DNA from: Calcarisporiella thermophila CBS 279.70
Lineage: Eukaryota > Fungi > Calcarisporiellomycota
Direction of reading: 5' to 3'
Length of the DNA stretch: 64,000 bases
Assembly: GCF_041956535.1 (NCBI RefSeq)
Contig: NW_027192198.1
Span: forward strand, 779,311 to 843,310
In this document: piece after piece, positions 38,964 through 50,562 of the stretch
Layout: the number at the start of each line of letters is the position of its first letter
How positions within the stretch are numbered: position 1 is the first letter of the stretch
Translations under genes and position numbers: made by a program
The notes under the pieces: model-generated
The model's input: only the letters and a program-made list of their open reading frames with translations
The model's database searches: none
What the model was told of the DNA's origin: nothing

Positions 38964-40122
38964 TTAGCGTTTCGCTTTATAACCACCATCCACAACGAGA
39001 GTCGCGCCGTTCGTGAAAGAACCGGCTCGCGACGCCAAATAAATACACGTTCCTACAATGTCCTCAGGCTCTCCGCCACGTCCAACGGGGATCAATGTGC
39101 CCACCATCTCGGTATTGTAATGCTTGGTTAATTCAGTGGGAAAATAGCCTGGAGCAATCGTATTCACGGTGACGTTGCGTTTCCCGAGATCAACGGCCAG
39201 AACTTCAGCCAAGCGATGAAGGGCTGCCTTGGATACCGAATAGGGGTATGTCCCAGGCGTCAGAGGTAAGATGCTAGCGACTATCGATCCAATCATAATC
39301 ACACGACTTGGGTCTTGGTGTGTGCACTTTGCAGTCAGAAGGGGAATAAGGCTATACCAAATAGAAGTCAGCTTGGCAACTATGTCTATAGGCTCTTTCT
39401 TCTCCTCCTACCCCTCCTCTTTTTCCCTTGTTGTGCGAGAAGAGTTTCAAAAGAAATAAAAACTTACGCCTGCGTTAAAAAAAAGGGTGTGTTTAGATTG
39501 AGATTCAACACAGAATCCCACTTGGTCTCAGGAAAAGTGTCGAGCTCATGGTGGCTCGACGTGCCAGCATTATTCACAAGCACATCTAGGTGATCTTCGC
39601 GCTTCTCTAGCTCCTCCACTAACCTCTTTATCCCTTCTGACTTGGTCAAGTCGGCAGGGATGCTGACACACACACCTGGTCCCTGCTGGCTAAGTTGGTC
39701 AGCAACCTAAGAGATGAAAGTAGAACAAGAGCGAAGATTTGTGCTTGAATCTTGAGTATGAAATCATTGCTCAGCTTGTTCTCAATATTCTACCTGATCG
39801 CATACTTCAGCCGTACTGCTTGAAATATAAACCTTAGCACCGTTGGAAACAAAGCCCTACAAGAAGAATAGTCAAAATAAATCTGGCGAAAGAAACCAAT
39901 GTGGTCGATAGTGCCGAGTCGTTCATCCTTCTCCTTCCTATCGCCGAAGCTCAGCTCCACTTACTGAAGCTATCATTTTCCCTATGCTATACAACATCAA
40001 ACTCGATGTTGTCAGCTTAAAAATGGGGGGCCTGAAGTTACAAGTGCCTCTACTCACCCACGGCTCCCGCCTGTGACAACCACAACTTTACTTTTCACGC
40101 TGAAGAGTTGCGAAATATCCAT
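38964..40122 (-). CDS. Short-chain dehydrogenase/reductase, copy 1
   Basis: MDISQLFSVKSKVVVVTGGSRGIG, LDVLVNNAG, YSVSK, VNTIAPGYFPT, VVDGG; five exons including a 22-nt exon. Confidence 0.9.
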
Positions 40123-41232
40123 GGATGAGTTGAGATAGAATGGCAGAATCTAGCACCATCGAAATTGTAAAATGGGCAAATGCCATTTAGTTCCCCACTG
40201 TTAATATTTAGGCGTTGAGGATCATCAGTAGGTTGCATAATGGGATGGGCGATACTTGCCGCGGAACGGATTGATCCGAGATCCATGGAAATTGGGTAAG
40301 ATACCAGGGAAAACTGACTGAAACCTAGATGGTCTAGGATCCCGATCGGCAATATAATTCCCACTCTACTCACATAGGACCAGCATTACGGCTGATAAAC
40401 ATATTAGCGGGTCAGGTCCAAATGGCCTCCTATAGATATAATCATCGATGGTTGAGATAAATATAGCTGCATATTCATCAAGAATTGGGGAGACACATCT
40501 AAGAGCATTTAGGAATTTTCAGCTCCACTGTAAGCGTTGGATGTCCGCCATTTCTGGGCCAGCTTTGTCGGCTACAGATTCTTATTGATGATCACCACGT
40601 GGCCGACCGATTTAGTGAAGCGCATCATGGCTTAATAATATTCAGCCGTTTAATATTATTAAACGGGTTGTGGCCACCTTACTTCACTGAATTTTCAAGC
40701 GATTGTGAACAATTCAGATGATAGTTCACTTAACCGAATCTCTGATGATGATCTCCTATGAGCATTTTTCGTGTTATTGAATAGAAAGTACCAGTGAAAG
40801 TTTGATCAAGCACCAAAAATCATACTGCATATTAGCAGAAATATCTCGGAACAGGTGTCTACTACAATCACCTATTCTCCTCACTAAGGGGTGTCTGCCT
40901 CAGTTTCTCTCACTCCTCTTGGTTACTCGGCTAACTTGAGCCAGCCCGGTCTTGTGTTTATATTTGGCAAGACTATTTATCCTCAAAAAATTGACATTCA
41001 GCACGACTCCAGGTTAGGGTCTTTGGGTTAGCTCCTTCCCCTCTATCAACCCAAATGTTTGTCATTTGGGTTGATAGAGAGGAAGACTATCTAATGGCAG
41101 ACAAAGGTATGGCCTCAGCTTCATTTATTAGATTCTTTGCATGCTTGTCAAAAAGATATGGGGATAGCTTGTGAAGGTTGTTTGCACCAGCACCGGGGAT
41201 TTTAATCCGCTTTGCCCAGGGATGCCACTTTA

Positions 41233-42417
41233 TTACCGTTTGGCTAGATAACCACCATCCACCACAAGAGTTGCTCCATTCGCGTATGAACTAGCCCGCG
41301 ATGCCAAATAAATACATGCTCCTACAATGTCCTCGGGCTTTCCGCTGCGTCCAACTGGGATCTCTGCTAACATCTTCTCGGGATCGACCCGCTTTGCTAG
41401 TTCAGTGGGGAAAAAGCCTGGTGCGATCGCGTTCACGACAATGTTGCGTTTCCCAAGGTCAGCAGCCAGAGCCTTAGTCAAGTGATGAATCGCCGCTTTG
41501 GATGCAGCGTATGGATAAGACGCAGGAGTACGGGGCAAAACGTATGCGGCTACCGATCCAATCATGATAACACGACTTGGATCCTGATGCGTACACTTTG
41601 CGGTCAGAAGAGGAATAAGACTATATCAAATAGCAGTCAGTATTCTCATGCATAGCTCTCTTGCAATTCTGTGTATTTGCTCTTTCTTCTTCTTCTTCTC
41701 TTCTTAACTAATTTGCGAAAGGAGTTTCAAAAGAAATATAGACTTACGCCTGCGTTAAGAAAAAGGGTGTATTTAGATTGATACCCGTCACATAGTTCCA
41801 GTCCATCTCGGGAAAAGTGTCGAATTCATGGGAAGCCATCGCGCCTGCATTGTTCACGAGCAAGTCGAGGTGATTCTCTCGCTTCTCCAGTTCCTCGACA
41901 AACTTCTTAATTCCCTCTGGCTTGTACAGGTCGGCAGGAATGCTGACACACACTCCTGGTCCGCGTGTGCTAAGTTTATCTGCAACCTATAAGGTGAAAA
42001 TAAATCGAGAGCAAAGCGTTAGGGCTCGTGTTTGAAACAGGTGTGCAGGCAAAGCACCACTAGTTTCCAACGGCCTACCCGATCGCATACTTCAGCCGAT
42101 CTGCTTGTGATATAAACTTTAGCACCATTGACAACGAAACCCTACACAATGAATTTTCAATAAAAGGGGTTCGAGAAACACGCATATTCAATAATGTCGA
42201 GTTGGTGCTGTCCAGATCACCACTTTACTTTCTATCGTTGAAGCTCAATTCCACTTACCGTTGCGATCATTTCCCCTATGCTATATAACACCAACCGATG
42301 TCATTAGGTCAAAAGATGGCGCGAACCTGAGGACATGGGCGCTTCTACTCACCCTCGGCTCCCGCCCGTGACAACTACAACTTTATTTTTCACGCTGAAG
42401 AGCTGAGAAATTTCCAT
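41233..42417 (-). CDS. Short-chain dehydrogenase/reductase, copy 2
   Basis: MEISQLFSVKNKVVVVTGGSRGIG, LDLLVNNAG, YAASK, VNAIAPGFFPT; same intron positions as copy 1. Confidence 0.9.
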
Positions 42418-43848
42418 GAATGACTCAAAATAAATTAAGAAAATTTACCACTGTTGATAAGATAAAATGCGGAAAGTGCCAGCTCGACTTTCCCCTGTTA
42501 ATAGAAAGCGCTTGACAAACATAATGTAGAGTATAATGAAATTAGCAATGTTTGCCGCAAAGCTGATTGGCTAGTGGAGTATGGAATTTGATAAAGGAAA
42601 GAATGGAAGAGGCATGCGGCCGTCTGTGCAGTCACAACATGGCCTAGGCCCTTTTCCCCAGTTTTTTCAAGCTTGCCCCGATAACAGAAGAGCGGAAAAG
42701 TTAATGTAAAAATACTGCAGAGCCTGCTCTCTTTTCGAGATACGCAATCCATTTTTAGCAAATAAAGCTGGTAGGCTGAAAGGTTAAAGTTGGAAAAATG
42801 CATATCCCCATTCAATTATCTCTTTTCATTATGTCTATTCTATTGATCATGCGTTATTTTCACTATTATAATTTGTTTTGTGTGCCCTCTCTTAACAAAA
42901 CACACAGCACGTATCCTCTCCGGCATACTTACGTAAAACTTGTTGATGGGTTTCTTACTAATACTCTCCCTTTCGGTCTCATTTCTATGTCACATTTCAT
43001 CTCTGGTCTTTGGTGTCTTAAGATGATTATCAAGCTCTACGGTTATTTAACCAGAACCGAGCCGAAATTCGCTATTATAAGACACTACTCCATTAAGTAA
43101 GGGGTTTCACACAAAAACTGGGCCATTTTATTGACTTTCGCTGGGTATTTCTACTCAAAAACCTCGTTTGACATGGTAAATATTCTATTTCAGGAAAAAT
43201 CCTTGCTATGAGGAATGCCTTTCACCTTATAAGTTGACAAGCTCGAGGTGAATAAATAGTCCTCTGTGCCTCATTACTCATACTAGTAGGTCAGATCCGA
43301 ATGGCCTCCTATTGATATAGCTATAGACAGTTGAGGTAGATAGCTGTATGTTCGTCGAGAGTTGGGGAGAAAAATCTAAGAGCAATTAGGAATTTTCAGC
43401 TCCACTGCAAGTGTTGGATGTCCGCCATCTCTGAGCGAGTATAGTTGGCGACAGATTCATATTGATAATCACCACGTGGTCGACCGATTTGGTGAAGCGC
43501 ATCACGGCTGAACATTAAACGGCTCGTGGCCATTTTACTTCGCTGAATATTCAAGCGATTGCGATAGAACAGCCGAAAGCTGGATGGCAACCGTTCCTCC
43601 GTTTAGCAACGGAATAATGCACGTGCATAGTGCATAGTGAAACTTTGAGTTCAAGAAAGTCAAACAGGGAGGATTCAGGAGGATGCACCGTATATCCAAC
43701 TGCAGTGGTCGAATTGGGAGGGGCAGCAACGGTCCCATCCCCCATTCATCATCCCATCTTCAAGGCATATAGGTTTCCATGTCTGTTTATTGCTATAAAA
43801 CATACTAGTCCTCTACATTATATAAAACACGTGAAAAAAATGGTCCAT

Positions 43849-45982
43849 TTAAGCCGCCACCTTCTCTATCAAATGCGCAACGACGTGGGGATCCGCGAGG
43901 GTGCTGATGTCTCCAAGCTGATCCGCCTCTCCTGCAACAACTTTGCGCAGGATGCGTCGCATGATCTTGCCCGACCGTGTCTTGGGCAAATCGGCCACAA
44001 TGTAGATACGCTTGGGCGCAGCAAATGGGCCGATGGTGGTGCGGACTTGCAAGACCAGTTCCTTTGTCAGGACTGTTTCGTTTGCCTCAGCGGCATGGGG
44101 CTTAATGGTGGCAAAGACATGGATCGATTGCCCCGTCACGTCGTCGTGTCCTCCAATGACGGCCGCCTCGGCCACGGCGGGATGATGGATGAGGGCGGAT
44201 TCGATTTCAGCGGTGGAGAGGCGATGGCCCGACACATTGATGACATCGTCGACCCGACCACGGATCCAATAGTAGCCATCCTCATCGCGGGTCACGCCAT
44301 CCCCTGTGAAGTAGTAGCCCGGGTAGGGGCGCAGATAGGTATCGAGGAACCGCGGGTGGTCTCCGTACACAGTGCGCGCCATCGAGGGCCAGGGGCGCTT
44401 CACCGCCAGCACCCCCGTCACGTTCTCGCCCTTCAGCTCTTCGCCCGTGTAGGGATCCAGTACAGCGGGCTGGATCCCAAAGAACGGGAAGGTTGCCGAT
44501 CCGGGCCGGGTGGGGGTGCACCCGGGGAGTGGGGTGATGATGATGGAGCCAGTTTCAGTCTGCCAGTAGGTGTCCACGATGCTGCATCTGCCGCGGCCGA
44601 CCTTTTCATAGTACCACAGCCAGGCCTCGGGGTTGATGGGCTCACCCACTGAGCCCAGAACGCGCAGGGAGGACAAATCGTGCTTCTCCACCCAAGAATC
44701 GCCGAGGCGACGAAGGGCACGTATCGCGGTGGGGGCCAGGTAAAGCTGGGTGATGCGGTATTTATCGACGACAGCCCAGTAGCGTGAGGCGTCGGGATAG
44801 GTGGGGACGGACTCGAAGATAAGAGTGGTTGCACCAAGACATAACGGCCCATAGATGATGTAAGTGTGGCCCGTGATCCATCCCACATCTGCCATGCATC
44901 CATGGATGTCTCCTTCTTGGTAGTCGAAGATATACTTGACCGTCATCGCGGCCCCCAACAGATATCCACCAGTGGTGTGGAGCACTCCCTTCGGCTTGCC
45001 CGTCGACCCAGAGGTGTAGAGCAAGAAGAGGGGGTCCTCGGCGGATACGGGGGTGGGTGGGCACTCGTCCGATTGCTTTTCAATTTCCTCATGCCACCAG
45101 AGATCGCGCGGGGTGGAGAACGGCACGTTCCCGCCTGTTCGCTTGTACACAATCACATGCTTGACGCAATCCAAGCCTTCTAGTGCCTCATCGGCAATCT
45201 TCTTGGTGGCAATCGTCTTGCCGCCGCGCTTACCCTCATCTGCAGTGATGAGGATCTTGGACCCGGCATCTTTCATGCGTTCGCGCAGCGACTCCGCCGA
45301 GAATCCGGCGAAAATGACCGAGTGCGTACACCCAATGCGTGCGCAGGCCAAAAACGCAACTGCGGCCTCCGGGATCATGGGCAGGTACACTGCCACCGAA
45401 TCACCTTTCTTTGTTCCGAGGGAAAGAAGCAAGTTGGCAAGACGCTTCACCTCACGGTAGAGTTCTCCGTATGTGACTTTGCGTGATTCATGAGAATCGT
45501 CTGCCTCGTAGATGATAGCAACCTGGGAGAGAAGAAAGAGAAGGCGGTTCATGGTTTAGCAGATCCGACCAATAGACCATCGCAATAACGATGTTCCGTT
45601 TACCTTGTCGGGGTTAGCATGTGCATGACGATCGACACAGTTATATGCTGCATTCAAGGTGCCATCCTCGAACCACTTCACGTCACCATTCTCGAAACCG
45701 CCGGATGACACTTTTGTGAATGGTTTCTCCCAAGAAAGGAGGTCATGGGCCATCTTTCAAATACATCCCCCCCCATAATTCATTAATGAACGAGTACACC
45801 TTAAGGAGACACGCGTTTGACTAGCTTACCTTGGACCAGAAGGTGTCGGGGTCATTCAAACTGGCCTCATACATTTCCTTGTATTTATCTAGTGATGGGA
45901 CATGGGGGGTTGGACATTGCGATGGGTCCAGGAGACGAGCTGGCACGTTGTACACCTGAACGCGTTCACTAGAATCCGTCAT
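43849..45982 (-). CDS. ACS1: Acetyl-CoA synthetase
   Basis: [47 protein letters not shown]; three exons. Confidence 0.96.
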
Positions 45983-46718
45983 GCTTAGTTTGTGGTTGGC
46001 AAGAGTAGGGAGTCAGATAAATAGACAAACGAGGAGGAGGGGTGCCGAAGAGGGGAGAAAAGCTCAAGGGGGGAAGACGAGGAAGAGGGTGGGGAAGGAG
46101 TAGGGAAGTCAGGGACAATAAGACAAGAGCAAAAGAGGAGAAAACTGTGGAAGATAAACCTGCGCTATTCCTTAATCAAACCTTAAATTGTTGGGGATAA
46201 TCGATTAGATTCGTAACCTCAGCGATAAATAGAGAGTTAAAACTCGGCCACAAAACCATCTGAAGGCCGCATCAGAAAGTGGGCAGGAATCAAACTCCTC
46301 CTGGCATCTGCCCGCAAGAGCAGCCCGCTTTCCCATGAGAAGATATCTAGAGTTTTCTTAGTCATTCTTAGATGCGCGTCCTTGAACCCTAGATTTTCCC
46401 CAGAGCTATCCCCTCCAGTTGACTACGTGGGACCAAAAGCCCCGCCTTTATCTAAGGTGTTGAGCCACCCTTCGCTCCACATGACCAAAGCTGATTCTAC
46501 AAACGAGAACGCAGCGAATTGCAGAATGGCAATAAACTTTATTGAATTCGAGAGAATCATAACGGCTGGACCGCAGAAAAAAATAAACAAATGCTTAAAT
46601 GCTTTCACTACCGCATAATTCTAAATCTTCTGCGGGGGACATATTGAAACGGTATAAGCATTCTCTGTACAAGCTGAGCCGAGTGCGCAGTCACGGGGGG
46701 AGGGGTGAATGAGTCCTA

Positions 46719-49682
46719 CTAGTCCTTGTCATCGGAGCCTTCAAACTCCTCGTTGCTCTCTTCCTCCAGCTCGATGACCTTGGCACGTTTTCGTTTGCGC
46801 TGCTTGGGGGCCTTTTCCGCCACCAGCCTATTGGTAAGGAAATGGAGCTTCAGCCTTGTGCCTTGTCCATTCTCGATGGACGCTTTTGTCTCTCGTAGGA
46901 GAGAGGGTGCACGCGGGCCCAAGACTAGGTATCTGAGCGGGGGCGTGAAAAGAGAGAGAGGCGGGTTAGAAAAAGAGGAAAATGGTATTTGTAAAGAAGA
47001 GACTCTGAAATGCGCCTACATACGAGATGGTTGAGTAGGGAGTGAAGTGGAACTCCTCTTTGACGTGGCCCTCCAGGATAAGGTTGTTCAGCACACGTTC
47101 CATATCCTAACCGACAAAACGATTTTCCTATTTTGTCAAGAGCAGCAACGAAAAGAAACTCAATCAGAATAGAATTTACTTCTCTGCTAAACTCGGGGGA
47201 AGCCGTTATCTCCCCACGTTCCACCATCCCCTTGACGATCTTCCCAGGGCGTCCCGCCCGTGACCAGAGCACATCCAGCATCTTTATATAGGTCGTCTTT
47301 TCTTCGGCACGGCTCAGCGCCTCGAGGATTTTGACCACTGTATACGCGGCAAGTGTGACATCTCTCTCCGTCACTTCCGAAGCTGGCCGCAGACAGTTGT
47401 CGCACACGCCACAGACTCGGTCCATATCGGTTGGGTTCAGCGCGCCCTCGTCGTGGGCATACTGCGTCCCGCCGCTGGAAAAATAGCGCTCAAACAGGAT
47501 CTTACGACAGTGGACCAAATCCTGTGCAAAGCCCAGCATACCGTACACTAGATAACAAGAGGATAGGAAATATAAGTCCCGGCATTCTACGAAGGGCAAA
47601 ACTGTGTACCATTTCCAATGCCTTCCACTTCCCCGATTGCCAGAGTGGTAAGCCTTGATACTAGCAAGAATCAAGCATATTCAAGAAAAAAAAATTCGCT
47701 TAGAATTAATTGCTAGAATGTAAAGAGTAGAAAATTACCATCGGACCCTCGATAATACAGTATACACTCTGCGGGTAGCCCATCTCTCCCTGCTCGCCCG
47801 CTCTCCTGGTAGTATCCATCCAGCGACTTGGACATGGTATGATGGATCACGAACCTCACATTTGGCTGATTTATACCCAGGCCAAAGGCAATGGTAGCGA
47901 CCACAACATGGATCCTCCCATCTCGCCAATATCGATGAATTTTCTCCTTCGTGTCCTGTAGGACGAGCAGTACGAAAAGAAGAAGAAAAAAGGGTGTGAA
48001 TACCATTTTGAGCCTCAATGCCAAGCTTAAACGAAGCTCATCATTCGTACTTCGGATAAATCTGCATGGTAGACCCCCACTCTAACCCGCCCCTCGGATG
48101 CTTTATCGATGCCCTCGGCAACACTATGTGTATCTTTTTTCGATAAACAGTAGATGATGCCCGATTTGTTGGGGTAGTGTTGTAGTATCCACGAGGAGAT
48201 CTGTTGATACTGATCAGCTGCCGAGTCGGGCTTATCAAGGACTTTGTATGCAAGATTTGGACCTAAAATGATTCAAGCAAACCATAGCAGACATTATTCA
48301 TGGGTCATACGTGGGATTAAGAATAAAATACGCACGATATAAAGGGGAGGTAAACACCAAGGTCCCGAGGGGGTCGTCAGGCGGTTTGAGCCCAAGAATT
48401 TTCACAACCGACTGTAGTACTGAAGGAGAGCAGGTCGCGGTTAAGGCAATAATGGGAACATCGGGGAAGAGAGTCTAGCGCGGGAAAGTTTCAAATATTC
48501 ACTTTGACGCAAGTCCAAATATAAATAATAATATTAGTACCAACCCGGAGTATATTCAGTTTCTGTGGGGCAAAGTGAAAAGCAACATGAAAGATAGAGT
48601 CGTTACCGAGTCTATTTTTTAGATTATCCTTATTAGGCTCAAAACAAAAATACCTTATAGTCGGGGCTTTGAGGAAGAATGCACAAGTTCATGAATATAG
48701 CGAGTGTTAGTGTCAGGAGGAAATACCCATTCAATATGTCCTATTTACCGGAAATCGTGACCTAGTTGTGAACAGCTATAGAAGAATAATGCAAATGCAC
48801 ACGCGGTTTTTAACAAAGGCCAATGTTCTGATCCATGGATGAACATAATATGCTACCAATGTGCCTCGTCAATGACGATTCGCGCTAACCTTCCAGCCGC
48901 ATACACCTGCTCCAACTTCGACAGGAAGCGTTTCGACTGAGCAATGCGCTCTGGGGTTACGTACATCATCTTGATGCCGGGCCTATCCTCTCCGCCAGAA
49001 GCCGCCTTGCCCTTTTTCTTGGTACCGCTCAGCATTGCGTCCAGCACGTCCTTGGTTTCTTCCTTGCTCGATGAGCCGTACAACATCCCAACACCGACCC
49101 CAGCCTCTTGCAAGTGAAACACCTGGTCTCGAATGAGCGAAATCAGCGGGGAGATGACCAGCGTAATGCCCTCTGAAAGAAGCGCCGGAAGCTGATATGT
49201 CAAAGATTTGCCACCACCTTGAATGCATCAAAAAAACACGTCAGCATTCAAGCGTTCACACACAGCTTGATCAGGTAAGATCAGTAATTTGATCATCCTT
49301 CTCACTGACCTGTAGGCATAATTACAAACACGTCCCGTTTATCCAAAGTAGCATTCATAATGGGTATCTGCTGCGGCCTGAAATTAGTAATTCTCCAGTG
49401 GAGATCCGCTAGCCGCCGCAGCTCACTGGACCATGGGAATTCCTCTGCTGCGTAATTCTTTCCGGAATACTTTTTAATTAGTTCCTCTCTTGCGGCCTTT
49501 TCTATGGAAGACACCAAGGCCATTCGCCTGGATGTAAGTCGTTCACGTTGGCTTTTTAAAGAGGCAATCTTGGCATCAATCAGCGCGATTTCCTCATCGA
49601 GCTGTCTAATTTCTAACTGGTGGTTCCTATCCTCGGCATCATCCTCGGATGATATATAGATCTCCTCTCTAGAACTGGCCAT
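46719..49682 (-). CDS. RecQ-family DNA helicase (RECQ1-like)
   Basis: [71 protein letters not shown], Zn motif C...CGVCDNC, RQC region; many introns. Confidence 0.92.
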
Positions 49683-49823
49683 GACGCTTCGAAATATTAC
49701 ACGGCCAACTAGGATATTTGTGTAAGATGATTGAAAAGCAGTCTCAGCTGTGACTTGTGAATATCTGGAAATAAACAGATCAGAGCGGGAGTAAGTTTTG
49801 AGTTGGTCAGTCAATCTTACACC

Positions 49824-50357
49824 ATGCCATTCTATGAACTCGTTTGCATAGCAAGATCAGGACTTGCACAGGTAAACATTAAGCCAAATAAACAGATTAT
49901 TATCCTATCTTTCAGGGAAAAAAGCCAGTATAGCAGTGCATGATCTGATTTTTTTTTTTGTTACTGGAGACGAGTCTTCGCGATCTTGTCAAAACTTCCA
50001 CAACCTACATCCTGGATCGTGGGGGCGTGGTGCGTGGCTTCCAGAATTGGGGAGAGAGGGAGCTTCCTCATCGTATCAAGCGTCACCAGCAGAAACATTC
50101 TGATGGATTGTAGGTGTCTTGATCACTCTTGTGTTCTTGTGCTCTACCTCTCCTTTTGTTGATTAACGATTCGACTAATAATTCGTCGAACATCCCACTT
50201 CGTTAGGTACTGGGTAATGCAGTTCGATTCCAATCCTCAGATTGTCCAGGAGCTTACTCGCAAGATGCGCGTCGATCCTCGGGTCTTACGACACACCTTT
50301 ATTAAATTGGGTACCAAGTTGGAGGATATCGTCGCCCGTCCAGAAAAGACCTTTTAG
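49824..50357 (+). CDS. MRP17: Mitochondrial ribosomal protein S6 (bS6m), absent from the ORF track
   Basis: MPFYELVCIAR / GGVVRGFQNWGERELPHRIKRHQ / YWVMQFDSNP...MRVDPRVLRHTFIKLG. Exons approx. 49824-49871, 49970-50109, 50207-50357. Confidence 0.88.
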
Positions 50358-50562
50358 ATGGCTCCTCCTTAACCTCTTATCCCCCTCCCCCCCTTTTATT
50401 GTACTGTTTATTTCCTTTCTTTGCAAAAATTCGTTTCATATCTTCTTATTTCCTTGTGCCTCTCGCCTTTATGTTTTTGGAAAAGAAAACCATGGATGTA
50501 TCTTCCCTTTAATAGATTACACACAAAAACTTACACACATTACATTTCGAAGATAAGAAAAC

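Larger units (their letters stand above)
38362..43562. repeat. Head-to-tail tandem duplication (unit 1 ~38362-40705, unit 2 ~40742-43562), each unit carrying an SDR gene plus flanks
   Basis: Both units begin CTGATGATGATCTCCT and end TCAAGCGATTG. Blocks 38630-38870/40885-41135 and 40410-40705/43290-43562 align by eye. Confidence 0.85.

Noticed and set aside
38964-38975. SDR C-termini AKR as peroxisomal signals
   Set aside because: The final residue is not PTS1-compatible and there is no clear readthrough context (TAA TAA).
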